From an uncultured delta proteobacterium (GTDB taxonomy: Bacteria; Desulfobacterota; Desulfomonilia; Desulfomonilales; Desulfomonilaceae), in NCBI GenBank assembly GCA_963789265.1, contig CAWBKB010000001.1:960001-1024000 (forward strand): a DNA stretch of 64,000 bases, in the 5' to 3' direction. Position 1 is the first letter of the stretch; each line of letters begins with the position of its first letter. The position numbers and the translations under genes were made by a program. The notes below the pieces were generated by a model. The model was not told the origin of the DNA, searched no databases, and saw only the letters and a program-made list of their open reading frames with translations. This document shows positions 41,550 through 52,525 of the stretch, piece by piece.

Positions 41550-44177
41550 CTAACTCTGCACAAAGATTCGAGTAACCCTGGGAGAAATCTTGCAAATTAT
41601 CTCGTAATTGATCGTTCCCCCGTTGGCCGCGATCTCGTCCGCAAGGATTTCTTCATCCCCTTGGCGCCCGATGAGAACCGCTTCGTCACCTACCTTGACT
41701 CCGGGCACGTCGGTCACATCGATCATAGTGGCATCCATACACACCGTCCCCACCACCGGAACTCTGCACCCTCTGACGAGGACCTGTCCGACATTCGATT
41801 GGAAGCGGGGATAGCCGTCGTTGTACCCCACGTGCAGTGTAGCTATGCGGCACGGCTGGGTAGTGACGAAGCGCCGATTATATGAGATGCATCTGCCTGC
41901 CGGATGCTCCTTGATCTGGGCGATCTTGGTCGAAAAGGTGATCACCTGTTCGAGTCGAACCAACGAACGCACTGCTTCAGATGGATACATGCCGTATATT
42001 CCCAGGCCGGGCCTGACCATGTTGAAGTGGGTTTGCGGAAATCTGACCACTGCCGCGGTGTTCCCCGCATGCACGTATCGGAACGCATGCCCCCGGCGTG
42101 TTAAATCATCCACGAGCGATTGAAAAGAGCGGGTCTGCTCCAGCGTATATTCATCGTCACGCGGGTCGTCCGCGCCGGCGAAATGAGTCATAATGCCTTC
42201 GACATCCAGATTTCTCATGCATAGCATTGCTTCGATGAAAGGGATTGCATCATCTACCCACACTCCGGACCTTCCCATTCCTGTGTCAATCTTGACATGA
42301 ACCGGGATCTTCCTCCTTCCCTCGGCGACCCGATCCAGAGCTTGGGCCAACTCCAGAGAAGCCACTACGGAGCTGAGGCGGTATCTAACGATCTTGTCCA
42401 CTTCTTCCGGGAGGACATTGAACACGAGTATAGGCGCGTCTATCCTATTTTCTCTCAGAGTCGCGCCTTCGTCCGGGAATGCTACCGCAAGGTAGGTCAC
42501 ACCGTTTTCGAGCGCCACCTTAGAGGTCCTTATGGAATCGTTCCCATAACCGAAACTCTTCACCACCGGCATGATTGAGACATCATCGCCGACAATTCCG
42601 CGGACCGTCTTTATGTTGGCGGCAATGGCATCCAAGTTGACTACCAGTCGCGTGGGACCGATGGATCCTACCAGGTCCTTGGCTATCCGTTCAAGGCGAA
42701 ACCAGCGCGAGCCCTTGAACAGAACCACGTCTCCACGGTTCATAATCTTTTCCAGTTCCGCAGCAGCTTCGTTGTGACTCCGAGTGTTGGTCACCTTCCG
42801 GGAGTTCATACCCTCCAGTGCCGCGGCTTGTCCGATCAAGGCTGCGTTCTCGCCTACTGTTATAAGATGGTCCAGGCCGGTCCGCGCAACATCCTTCCCC
42901 ACTGCCAGATGTTCCTCCCGACTGTGCAGTCCCAGATCGAGCATTTCACTTAGGATAGCGATTTTGCGGCGGCCTTTGCCCACTTTGGCAAGAACGTCCA
43001 GTGCTCCTTTCATGGACGCGGGGTCTGAATTGTACGTGTCGTTGATGAGCGTGACGCCGGTCACCGTGGTATGAATCTCGAGCCTCATCGGAGACGGATG
43101 AAACTCCTCGAGACCTTTCCGGATAGCGTCAGGGGATGCGCCCAACAGCGTGGCGCCTGCCGCGGCAGCCAAAGCGTTAAGAACGTTGAACCAGCCTGGA
43201 ACCGGGAGAGTGATGTCCAGCTTCCTGCCAAAGAGATCCATGCGAAAAGTGTGACCCCTCTCGGGAAGGGTTTCAACACCGTGCGCCGTTACATCAGCTT
43301 TGCCGGAGATTCCGAAAGTGACGACATTGGCCCGGAGTCGGCCCAAAAGGCTCATGCTCAAAGGGTCGTCCGCGTTGAGAATCAGGAAGGAATCGCTTTT
43401 CAAGTTTTCGAAAAGCCGCTGTTTCTGCTCCAGAGTATTCTCGACATTACCCAGACCGCCGATGTGGGCCTTGCTTATTACCGTAAGTATCCCATGATCC
43501 GGCCGGATCATCCTTTCCAGTCGGTCCATCTCACCGGGAAGGCTTATGCCCGCCTCCATCAGCGCCACGTCATGTTCGGGCCGCATCCCGAGGAGCGCAA
43601 GGGCTGCTCCCACTTGGGTGTTATAGGAAAGCGGCGATCTGTAAGTCTTTTGCTCCAAGCACAGTATAGACGCGAGCATCTCCTTTACGAGAGTCTTACC
43701 GTTGCTGCCGGTGATCCCCACCACAGGACAACCGAAGCGACTGCGATACGATGATGCGAGTTCCTGGAGCGCCTTCAGGGTGTCCGCAACTTCTATGATC
43801 GTCGCACCTTCGGGAATCGGCTTGTCAAAGAGGTCCGAGCGACCGGTCACGACGGCTCTCACGCCCGCGGCCAGCGCATCTTCCACAAAGTCGTTCCCGT
43901 TGAAGTGCTGGCCTTTGATGGCCCAGAATATATGATCCTCGCCCAAAGGCTTGCGAGTGTCGATCGACACGCCCGAGATCAATCCCGCGGCCGGGCCTTT
44001 TACGCGCAAAGGTTGAATTTCTTGAACAACTTGGCTTAAACTAAGAAATTCCGGGTTCTCGATCCCATGTTTCTCAACTACATTGGACCGCGCACATGTT
44101 TGCATTTCTTGCGTCTCATCAGTATCGCGCGGGTCAGGCGGGCACGAGAACGCGGCGGTAAACAGATCCGTTTTCAT
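41550..44177 (-). CDS. alr: Bifunctional MurF-like ligase / alanine racemase fusion
   Basis: MurF part: GITGSNGKT, PMRLE, LINDTYNSDP, VLFKGSR. Alr part: VVKSFGYG (PLP Lys), HVKIDTGMGRSG, MVRPGLGIYG, GYNDG, VCMD, TINYEI. Start codon uncertain. Confidence 0.9.
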   Translation of the reverse strand: MKTDLFTAAFSCPPDPRDTDETQEMQTCARSNVVEKHGIENPEFLSLSQVVQEIQPLRVKGPAAGLISGVSIDTRKPLGEDHIFWAIKGQHFNGNDFVEDALAAGVRAVVTGRSDLFDKPIPEGATIIEVADTLKALQELASSYRSRFGCPVVGITGSNGKTLVKEMLASILCLEQKTYRSPLSYNTQVGAALALLGMRPEHDVALMEAGISLPGEMDRLERMIRPDHGILTVISKAHIGGLGNVENTLEQKQRLFENLKSDSFLILNADDPLSMSLLGRLRANVVTFGISGKADVTAHGVETLPERGHTFRMDLFGRKLDITLPVPGWFNVLNALAAAAGATLLGASPDAIRKGLEEFHPSPMRLEIHTTVTGVTLINDTYNSDPASMKGALDVLAKVGKGRRKIAILSEMLDLGLHSREEHLAVGKDVARTGLDHLITVGENAALIGQAAALEGMNSRKVTNTRSHNEAAAELEKIMNRGDVVLFKGSRWFRLERIAKDLVGSIGPTRLVVNLDAIAANIKTVRGIVGDDVSIMPVVKSFGYGNDSIRTSKVALENGVTYLAVAFPDEGATLRENRIDAPILVFNVLPEEVDKIVRYRLSSVVASLELAQALDRVAEGRRKIPVHVKIDTGMGRSGVWVDDAIPFIEAMLCMRNLDVEGIMTHFAGADDPRDDEYTLEQTRSFQSLVDDLTRRGHAFRYVHAGNTAAVVRFPQTHFNMVRPGLGIYGMYPSEAVRSLVRLEQVITFSTKIAQIKEHPAGRCISYNRRFVTTQPCRIATLHVGYNDGYPRFQSNVGQVLVRGCRVPVVGTVCMDATMIDVTDVPGVKVGDEAVLIGRQGDEEILADEIAANGGTINYEIICKISPRVTRIFVQS

Positions 44178-44538
44178 GGTAACGATCTACCATGAGACAT
44201 GACATAAGACAATAGCAAGGCCGCGTCTTGACGGCTTGGGCTGGACCAATCAATATGAACGTCGTCTATCCATGAACCAAGTGTTAAAACGCATTAATGG
44301 TGTCCAATCGATGGCGATTGGGCAGAGGTTCTGACTGAAGGTGCAATTTGAAACCTGCGTTACGCGGGACGAAGGAATTCCTTCTTCAGTGGGATGGGCA
44401 TCCTGCCCGTCATTAAGCGACAGGCAAGATGCCTGTCCCACCAGTCCCGAGAACGTGGGACAGACCGAACCTCGGATCGAAGTCCAGGGTGACGAGTGAT
44501 CTGCAAGGCTCATTCTTACATTCTGAGAAAGTCAGGAC

Positions 44539-47200
44539 ATGATGGTTGAACAACATTACAAATACAAGCGCGATGATTTCGGTGAGATGCCGGTCAAACT
44601 CAATCATTTGACGATTTATCTGAACTTCCTGAGCTCATTCGTCGAAGCGACCATCCTGCTGGACATTACCGCAAAACAACCGCTGAATCTAATCGAGCTT
44701 GATGCCAAAGACTTGGAAATCGTGCGGGTGGCATGGGTCGAGAAGGCGCCCGGCCGCGGAAATGAAACTTTGGATCTCGAATATGATTATCTCCGGGAAA
44801 AGAACAAGCTCGTGGTCAACCTGCCTCACAACTTGCAACCCGGCGAACGTTTCAGCATCCGAACAATCACACGATGCGTTCCTTCGGATCGGTTGCTCGA
44901 AGGGATTTACAAGGATACTACGCCTCCGGCGGCTCCACAGCAGTTCATCTCCCAATGTCAGCAATGGGGCTTTCAACGCATAATGCCCATCTTTGATGAT
45001 TGCCGTGCAAAATGCACTATGACTACAACGCTGGAAGCCGATGCTCGATACACTCACCTGATAAGCAACGGCAACATAAGCAAAAGACTGAATCCTAACG
45101 GCAGGCCCACCGCAAAACCCGGCGATCCCAGCCGCCAGATCATCACGTATGAGAATCCCGTTCCCATGGCGCCGTATCTCTTCTTGGCGGCCGCGGGGAC
45201 TTGGGACATGCTGGCCGATTCCGTCGCGTATGAATCAGGCCGGAGAGTGCGGCTAGAATACCTCGTTCCACCCGGCCGCACGGACGACGCGCGCATCCCG
45301 ATGGAAATACTCAAACAATCGGTCCTGTGGATACGCAAGACTCAGGATTATGAATATACAGGGGAAACGTATCGAACCATTTGCATGAACAAGTCGAATT
45401 TCGGTGGAATGGAGAACGTAGGGAACACTACGGTGGTAACGGATGCGGCCCTGATCGACGAACACACTTTGGATAGGTCTCTCATGTACGCCCATGCCGT
45501 GATGGTCCACGAGTTCGAACATAACCAGTGCGGCAGCGAAACCACCATGGAGACTCCGTTCGACGTCTGGTTGAACGAAGCTTATACGGTGCATGTCGAA
45601 CGTGCCTTCACAGCGGATGTCTTTGATCCGGCATTTGTTCGCCTAACGCAAGTGGACAGCATTCGCAGCCCGCTTCTGGGGCCTTTGGCCATAGAGGACG
45701 GCGGTCGCGTGGGCCGCATCGTTCGGGAAGGGTTCAATGACCCGGATGACTTGATTGACGGTGTGACGTACGTTAAGGCCGCGGAAGTAATCCGCATGCT
45801 GCGTCTCATCGTCGGAAAGGAAGCGTTCCGAGCGGGGAAGAATCTCTACTTTGCCAGATATCGGCACTCCAACGCAAATACGGATCAATTCTTCGAGTGT
45901 TTTGAGCAGGTCTCCGGCCGTTCGCTGGATCGGTTCAAGAAGAGTTGGCTCTACAGGATCGGCTACCCTCGTGTAGTTGCGTCCACGAGTTACGACCCTG
46001 CAAACAGTGAATTCCACGTAGATCTCCGACAAGAATCGACATCCGACAACGAGCCGTTTCACTTGCCGTTGGAAGTGGCACTCGTGGACGTGGAAGGCAG
46101 AGTCGTTTCAGGTACGGAACAAGTATTTGAATTAAATAAAGAAAGGTCACGATTGACCTTTCAAGGCATTGCGGAAGAGCCCGCATTCGCTTCGCTGAAC
46201 CGTGACTACTCTTTTTACGGAACTTTCCGCCAAGAGGATGCTTCACATGAAACTTTGGCCACGCAGGTGCGCCTGGACACGAACGCTTTTAACCGCGTGG
46301 AAGCCATGCGGAGACTTACCGACCGTCAGCGGGTCAACTTGCTCCTGGATCCCGGCTACGTCATAGATCCTGCTTGGGTGGACCTCTACGGCGAGATCCT
46401 CGAGGATCGAAACCTGCCCGCGGCACTCAAAGCGGTACTTTATTCGTATTGACGAGCAGCCTCTGGATAGGGACTACTGCACGTGGTATCCTGAACTGGT
46501 AGTCGCACGAGAAAAACTCATGCGCGCGGTAAATCAGGCTCACCGTGAAGATCTGAAAAGAGTTTTTCACGAGATCGATACATACCGGCCGAGACAATCA
46601 CCGAAGGACGGGATCGAAGACCGCATCCTCAAGCACGCGCTACTGGACCTGATCGCCATAGATGACGCACCTGAAAGCCACGGGCTCGTCATGAACCACT
46701 ACCGCTCCGCGACTACCGCGGCGGACCGGGTTTCTGCACTTCTGGCTTTGAACCGAAGTTCCGCGGCAGAACGTCGTGAAATTCTTGAACAAGCCTATGA
46801 AGCCTGGCACACGCACCTGAGCGGGTACGGGAATTATCTTGCCGTGGTTGGCGCCGGCACCCGGGAGGATGTCTTTGAGATGATTGAAGCTGAAAAGAAA
46901 CGGGCTTCCTTTGATATCACTCAACCCACCTGGTCCAGAGCGCTTTTCTTATCCATGGCCACCAACAACAAGATGATCTGGACCGACCGCGGCATACAAC
47001 GGGTTGCCGATACGGTGATAGAGCTTTCCCGCATCAATGCCTTCACGGCAAGTCGGCTGCTCAACACCTTCCAACACGCTCGAAAACTCAAGCCTGACTT
47101 GCAGCGACTGGTGACACCCGCACTGGAGGCTATTGCACTGGCAGTTCCGGAACAAGTGAGCCCCTCACTACATGGTCAAGCAAAAGCTTATCTGGGTTGA
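44539..47200 (+). CDS. pepN: Aminopeptidase N (M1 family), +1 frameshift at ~46434
   Basis: GGMENVG and HEFEH..(18)..E gluzincin motifs, YVKAAEVIRM. Removing one G from GCGGTACTTT joins ALKA to YFIRIDEQPLDR and the C-terminal ORF 46520..47200. Confidence 0.88.
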
Positions 47201-47488
47201 GGACTCAGCCGTGGGAAGGTGCAAAAGGTCCGGAGTGGCATAGGATGTGGTGAATCCCCTGGTAGGGAAGTGAACCGCATGGCTGGGACCGGTGGGACAG
47301 GCATCCTGCCTGTCGCTTAGGCAGGCAAGATGCCTGCCCCACTATTCTTTGTCCAACAATGTACCTCGAACACGCCAAAGGCGTGGTTCCCCCGCGTTCG
47401 TGGGGTTCACCACATCCTTGTATTTTAGGGCCTATAAGGACATGACTACCTTGACCCCGGCCGTCCTGCCGCATCTGGAGTAAATTTC

Positions 47489-50077
47489 ATGAAAACGGAG
47501 CACAAAGTGATAGCCCTCTCAGTGGCTTTCTTTGCCTTTATCTGCCTGACCGACGCACTGGTCCAATCTATGGTGTTTCATCAGATGTCCTTTTGGGATT
47601 CACTATTCATGAAGGTGCCCAAAGAGGATGTGTATCATCGCACACTCATCACAATTTGCTTCCTTGTTTTCGGGGTGATCGTGGCGAGGATCTTCAGAAA
47701 ACAAGGTAGAGCCGAAGAAGCGCTTCGAGAGAGCGAAGCACGATTCAGGCACATCTATGATAATTCGCCCGTCATGATGCACTCGATAGATCGGCAGGGA
47801 ATTGTGCGAAATGTCAACGGAAGATGGCTTGAGGAAATGGGATATTCCCGAGACGAAGTTCTAGGGCGCAACCTTGACTTTGCAATGACCCCCGAGTCGG
47901 CAAGCAGGGTATTGCATCCTATCGCCCGCGAATTCTGGCGCAGCGGGGAAGCCAAAAACTTGGAGTATCAGTATGTGAAAAAGGACGGATCGATAATAGA
48001 TGTGATTGTGGACGCTACCGTTATGAACGACCCCGCCTGGGGCAAAGTGAGTTTGTCCACGGCCCGCAACGTCACCGCTCGAAAGAAGGCGCAGAGGGAT
48101 TTGATCGAAGCTCGGGAAGCCGCAGAGCAGGCGAATCGGGCCAAGAGCGAATTCCTCGCGAATATGAGCCATGAGATTCGCACGCCTATCAACGGAATAA
48201 TCGGCATGACCGAGTTGGCCCTTAATACTGAACTCGCCCCCGAGCAGCGCGAATACCTCGAAACAGTCGAAATGTCGGCAGAGTCACTTCTTACGCTTGT
48301 CAATGATTTCCTGGACTTTTCCAAGATCGAAGCGGGGAAGCTCGATCTCATCGCTATGGACTTCAGCCTGCGGGATTTCATCGGAAACACCATGAGCACC
48401 CTTGCCCTGCACGCCCACAGGAAAGGTCTTGAATTAGTCTGCCACATACCTTCCACTACGCCTGACGGACTGATCGGAGATCCCGGCCGCCTTCGTCAGG
48501 TACTCGTGAATGTGGTCGGAAACGCCATCAAATTCACCGACCGAGGAGAGGTAGTGGTACGGGTCGAGGTGGATTTCGAAGATGGAACCGAGGTTATGTT
48601 GCATTTCACGGTAACGGACACCGGTATCGGCATTCCTGTCGACAAGCGGGAAACGATCTTTCAGACCTTTGAGCAGGTGGACACGTCAACATCGAGAAAA
48701 TACGGCGGAACAGGGCTGGGGCTGGCGATCTCTTCGCAACTGGTTCACAACATGAAAGGCCGCATTTGGGTGGAAAGCGAACTTAACAAGGGGAGCACCT
48801 TCCATTTCATTGTCGGACTTGAGCTGCACAGTCAGTCGGAGCCGGCGCCCATCGCCGGACAGATGCCCGACATGAAAGACTTGCCGCTGCTCATCGTTGA
48901 CGACAACGCCACGAACCGACGAGTCTTGGAAGAAATGGTGCTCCAGTGGGGGATGAAACCTACCACTGTGGATAGCGGAAAGACAGCTTTGGTCGCTATG
49001 GAAGCCGCACATAATGTTGGGCGGCCTTTCAAATTGATTCTCACTGATTGCATGATGCCGGAGATGGACGGTTTCCAACTGGTCGAGCGAATTGGCCGGG
49101 ATTCGCGTCTCAATGCCTCCACCATAATCATGCTCACTTCCGCGGGCGAGCGAGGCGATGGCGCGCGCTGCGTGAATCTAGGGATTTCTGCCTACTTATT
49201 GAAGCCAATCAAACAGTCGGAATTACTCTTCACGATTTCAAAGGTGCTCCAGGCCCCGCAGGCAAACGCAGCGGGCAATTCACTCATTACCCGTCATTCA
49301 ATACGAGAGAGCAGACGCCGGTACCGAATACTTCTAGCGGACGACAATGCAATAAACCGTAAGGTGGCCGACGGTATGCTCAAAAGAATGGGACACACCG
49401 TTTTCATTGCGACAAACGGACGGGAGGTTCTGGACTTTGTGGAAAAGCAAAGCCTCGATTTAATTTTGATGGACATTCAAATGCCGGACGTTGACGGCTT
49501 TGAGGCCACCCAGGCTATAAGGATGCAAGAGAAGACCACAAAAGAGCACCTCCCTATTGTAGCCATGACCGCCCACGCTATGAAGGGCGACAAAGAAAGG
49601 TGCATACAGGCTGGTATGGATGCCTATATCGCCAAGCCGATCAATGCCAAACAACTCTTTGACACCGTAGAGAATCTACTTCGAGGTCGCGAAACAGCCG
49701 ACGAGACTCCGGATATCTCCGACGTGCTGCCGCTTGCATTGGACAAAGCCAAAATACTTGAACGAATTGGAGGTGACAGGGATCTTCTGAACGAACTTGC
49801 GGAACTCTTTGCTGCGGAGTGTCCGAGTATGCTGTCCAACGTTCGGGATGCGGTACGGGACGTGCAAGCGGATGCATTGGAGAAAGCTGCTCACGCGCTC
49901 AAAGGCTCGGTCGGCAATTTTGCAGCCGAAGCGGCGGTACAGGCAGCGTTGAGGTTGGAGATGATGGGAAGAAACCGCGATATGGCCCAAGCCCCGCAAG
50001 CGCTCCAGGATTTGGAGCGGGAAATTCGTCGTGTCCTCAAGGGCTTGGCGGCTCTGGTAAAGGAAAGCGAACGATGA
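47489..50077 (+). CDS. Membrane hybrid sensor kinase (TM-PAS-HisKA-HATPase-REC-REC-Hpt)
   Basis: FLANMSHEIRTP, NVVGNAIKFT, YGGTGLGL, two receiver domains, AHALKGS Hpt motif. Confidence 0.93.
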   Translation: MKTEHKVIALSVAFFAFICLTDALVQSMVFHQMSFWDSLFMKVPKEDVYHRTLITICFLVFGVIVARIFRKQGRAEEALRESEARFRHIYDNSPVMMHSIDRQGIVRNVNGRWLEEMGYSRDEVLGRNLDFAMTPESASRVLHPIAREFWRSGEAKNLEYQYVKKDGSIIDVIVDATVMNDPAWGKVSLSTARNVTARKKAQRDLIEAREAAEQANRAKSEFLANMSHEIRTPINGIIGMTELALNTELAPEQREYLETVEMSAESLLTLVNDFLDFSKIEAGKLDLIAMDFSLRDFIGNTMSTLALHAHRKGLELVCHIPSTTPDGLIGDPGRLRQVLVNVVGNAIKFTDRGEVVVRVEVDFEDGTEVMLHFTVTDTGIGIPVDKRETIFQTFEQVDTSTSRKYGGTGLGLAISSQLVHNMKGRIWVESELNKGSTFHFIVGLELHSQSEPAPIAGQMPDMKDLPLLIVDDNATNRRVLEEMVLQWGMKPTTVDSGKTALVAMEAAHNVGRPFKLILTDCMMPEMDGFQLVERIGRDSRLNASTIIMLTSAGERGDGARCVNLGISAYLLKPIKQSELLFTISKVLQAPQANAAGNSLITRHSIRESRRRYRILLADDNAINRKVADGMLKRMGHTVFIATNGREVLDFVEKQSLDLILMDIQMPDVDGFEATQAIRMQEKTTKEHLPIVAMTAHAMKGDKERCIQAGMDAYIAKPINAKQLFDTVENLLRGRETADETPDISDVLPLALDKAKILERIGGDRDLLNELAELFAAECPSMLSNVRDAVRDVQADALEKAAHALKGSVGNFAAEAAVQAALRLEMMGRNRDMAQAPQALQDLEREIRRVLKGLAALVKESER

Positions 50078-51036
50078 AAATACTTATCGCGGAGGACGAT
50101 GCAGTCACGAGGAAGCTGCTGCAAGTTCACCTTGCGAAATGGCACCACAAGGTGACTGCTTGCTCCAACGGCAGCGATGCCCGGCAAATCCTCAGAAGTG
50201 AAGATCCTCCCAAACTGGTCATTCTAGATTGGATGATGCCTGGAATTGACGGCGTGACGCTCTGTCGTGAAATTCGCAAGTTAGAAAAACACTCTTACAC
50301 TTACGTCATACTTTTGACTTCACGGAGTTTGAAAGAAGACGTGGTCGAAGGGCTCGAAGCAGGAGCGGACGACTACATCATAAAACCCTTTGATGTTCAC
50401 GAATTGAAAGTAAGAGTACGGGCCGGAACACGAATTGTGAAGCTGCAGGAGGATCTCATCGCTGCTCTGCACGCTTCGGAGTTCCAGGCATCGCATGATG
50501 CGCTCACAGGTCTGTGGAATAGACGTGCAATTCTGGAAAAGGTCCAGCAAGAACTCGATCGCTGCAGTCGGGATGGCACGAATCTTGGATTAATTATTGC
50601 TGACGTCGATCACTTCAAAGAGGTGAACGATCATTACGGACATCTTGCGGGAGATGCGGTTCTCAGGGAATTGGCCGTGAGGATCGATTCTTCCAGGAGG
50701 TCTTATGACGCGGTGGGGCGGTACGGGGGTGAGGAGTTTATAATTTTGCTTCCGGGCTGCGACGGAGAAGGAGCAGGCGCGTGGGCGGAACGATTCCGCG
50801 TCGTGGTGGCAAACGTTCCTCTCCAAACAAAGGAAGGCGAATTCCGTTGCAGCATGAGTTTCGGCGCTGCTGCGCTGGACCTGCGTAGGGATCATGACCT
50901 CAACTCTTTGCTCCGGAAGGCCGATGAGGCCCTGCTTCTTGCCAAGAATCGCGGTCGAAACCGTGTCGAACTTTGGCGAAATACAGCCGAGGGACCCGAG
51001 CCTCTGATGTCGGCGAGTCAGCAACCTGAGGTGTAA
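50074..51036 (+). CDS. REC-GGDEF diguanylate cyclase (PleD/WspR-like)
   Basis: ILIAEDD, LDWMMP; DALTGLWNRR, RSYD I-site, RYGGEEF. Start at ATG 50074 overlapping the kinase stop. Confidence 0.92.
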   Translation: MKILIAEDDAVTRKLLQVHLAKWHHKVTACSNGSDARQILRSEDPPKLVILDWMMPGIDGVTLCREIRKLEKHSYTYVILLTSRSLKEDVVEGLEAGADDYIIKPFDVHELKVRVRAGTRIVKLQEDLIAALHASEFQASHDALTGLWNRRAILEKVQQELDRCSRDGTNLGLIIADVDHFKEVNDHYGHLAGDAVLRELAVRIDSSRRSYDAVGRYGGEEFIILLPGCDGEGAGAWAERFRVVVANVPLQTKEGEFRCSMSFGAAALDLRRDHDLNSLLRKADEALLLAKNRGRNRVELWRNTAEGPEPLMSASQQPEV

Positions 51037-51042
51037 GACAGG

Positions 51043-52110
51043 ATGACCGAGTGTCAGACCGCAAAAATTCTCATTGTAGACGACGAGCCCGATATAGGCC
51101 GAATCTTGTCTATCTGGCTGAAAACGGCAGGTTACGATTGTGCTACGGCAACTTCGGGAGAACAGGCATTGGAACTGCTGCAAGACCTGAAGTTTCAGCT
51201 CGTGGTCAGCGACATCATGATGCCGGGCATGTCCGGCATAGATCTGCTCGGTTTTATCAAGGACTTGTTCCCTGAGGTGGCTGTCATCCTGGTAACGGCA
51301 GTGGACGATCGCAAGACAGCTATCATGACGCTGGAACTAGGAGCGTACGGTTACGTCATCAAGCCATTTGACCGCAACGAGATTCTCATAAACGTCGCTA
51401 ACGCCTTGGAACGCAGGCGCCTGAAACTGCTAAGCCGCGAGTATGAGCAATCCCTTGAGAGCGAAGTCCGGGAGAAGACACGCGAAGTTCGAGAGCGAGA
51501 GGAAGAAATCGTTCTCAGGTTGATTTCCGCTTCCGGCTGGCGTGATGATGAGACAGGCGCTCACGTCAGGCGAATTGGTCTAACAGCATCCGTTATGGCC
51601 AAAGAACTGGGATGGACCCGGGACGCGCTTGCCGACATGCGGCTCGCCGCGGCGATGCACGATGTGGGTAAGATCGGAATTTCGGACAGGATTCTCCTTA
51701 AGCCCGGCAAATTGACCCGGGAAGAATTTGAAGAGATGAAGAAACACACCACCATAGGTGCCCAAATTCTTGGATGCTCGAGGATACCCCTGATCCGACT
51801 GGCCAAAGAGATCGCCCTATCTCACCACGAGAAATGGGATGGGTCCGGCTATCCCAGGGGCTTAGGTGATGAGGATATTCCGGAGAGCGGGCGTATAGTC
51901 GCGGTGGCAGACGTGTACGACGCCTTGGTCATGAAGCGAGTTTATAGGCCCGCGATTCCTAAGCCGGAAGCTTTGTCTATGATGACCTCCGACAGAGGCT
52001 CGCATTTTGATCCGAGAATATTCGACTGCTTTGTGGCCCTGCTTCCCGAAATAAATCGCATCCGGCAAGAGGTGCGAGACGAAAAACGGTCACCTGCTGA
52101 TTTTGCATAG
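51043..52110 (+). CDS. REC-HD-GYP c-di-GMP phosphodiesterase (RpfG-like)
   Basis: REC domain; ETGAHVRR, HDVGKIG, HHEKWDGSGYP, ADVYDAL, HFDP. Confidence 0.92.
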   Translation: MTECQTAKILIVDDEPDIGRILSIWLKTAGYDCATATSGEQALELLQDLKFQLVVSDIMMPGMSGIDLLGFIKDLFPEVAVILVTAVDDRKTAIMTLELGAYGYVIKPFDRNEILINVANALERRRLKLLSREYEQSLESEVREKTREVREREEEIVLRLISASGWRDDETGAHVRRIGLTASVMAKELGWTRDALADMRLAAAMHDVGKIGISDRILLKPGKLTREEFEEMKKHTTIGAQILGCSRIPLIRLAKEIALSHHEKWDGSGYPRGLGDEDIPESGRIVAVADVYDALVMKRVYRPAIPKPEALSMMTSDRGSHFDPRIFDCFVALLPEINRIRQEVRDEKRSPADFA

Positions 52111-52351
52111 TCTAGCGTTTCAGGTACACTGTGTAGGTCCTCTTGTCAGGGCAGTTCCACCGATTACAGGCAGGCATTCTTTAAAAGGCGGAAAAAGCTT
52201 GTCATTGCGAGTCCCGCGGGACGCAAGATAGAAATCCTTTCCTCTGATGGCTTAGATTGCCGTGGGGCGGACTTTCTAGTTCGCCGATTCTAACACCGAT
52301 TAGCTTTCAAACAAGTGGCACCGTGTTTCTGGTAGGGGCGGGTTTCAATCC

Positions 52352-52525
52352 CAATGCTGTTGACTTAAGGGACCTCCGTCTACCCCACCGTCACCCCGGC
52401 GAAGGCCGGGGTCCAGGGGAGATTAGGAAAACCTGGATTCCGGCCTCCGCCGGAATGACGAGGTGAAGGCCCGTCGAAGGAAAAGCTCCTAGACAAGAGG
52501 CATGCGGCTTAAGTCAACAGCATTG
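52352..52525. mobile_element. IS4-like MITE (perfect 18-bp TIRs) inserted in a REP-like palindrome
   Basis: CAATGCTGTTGACTTAAG (52352-52369) / CTTAAGTCAACAGCATTG (52508-52525); 11-bp flanking duplication GGTTTCAATCC / GGTTTCAAACC (1 mismatch). Confidence 0.8.

Noticed and set aside
46430..46520. Programmed ribosomal frameshifting in pepN, nrnA or the PRTase
   Set aside because: No slippery heptamers at the junctions, and the shared GGTACT context across unrelated genes favours a sequencing artefact.
52211..52250. c-di-GMP-I riboswitch (GGGACGCAA) after the HD-GYP gene
   Set aside because: The match comes from the GTCCCGCGGGAC mini-hairpin; the upstream GGCAAAC/GNRA stem and the second stem are missing.
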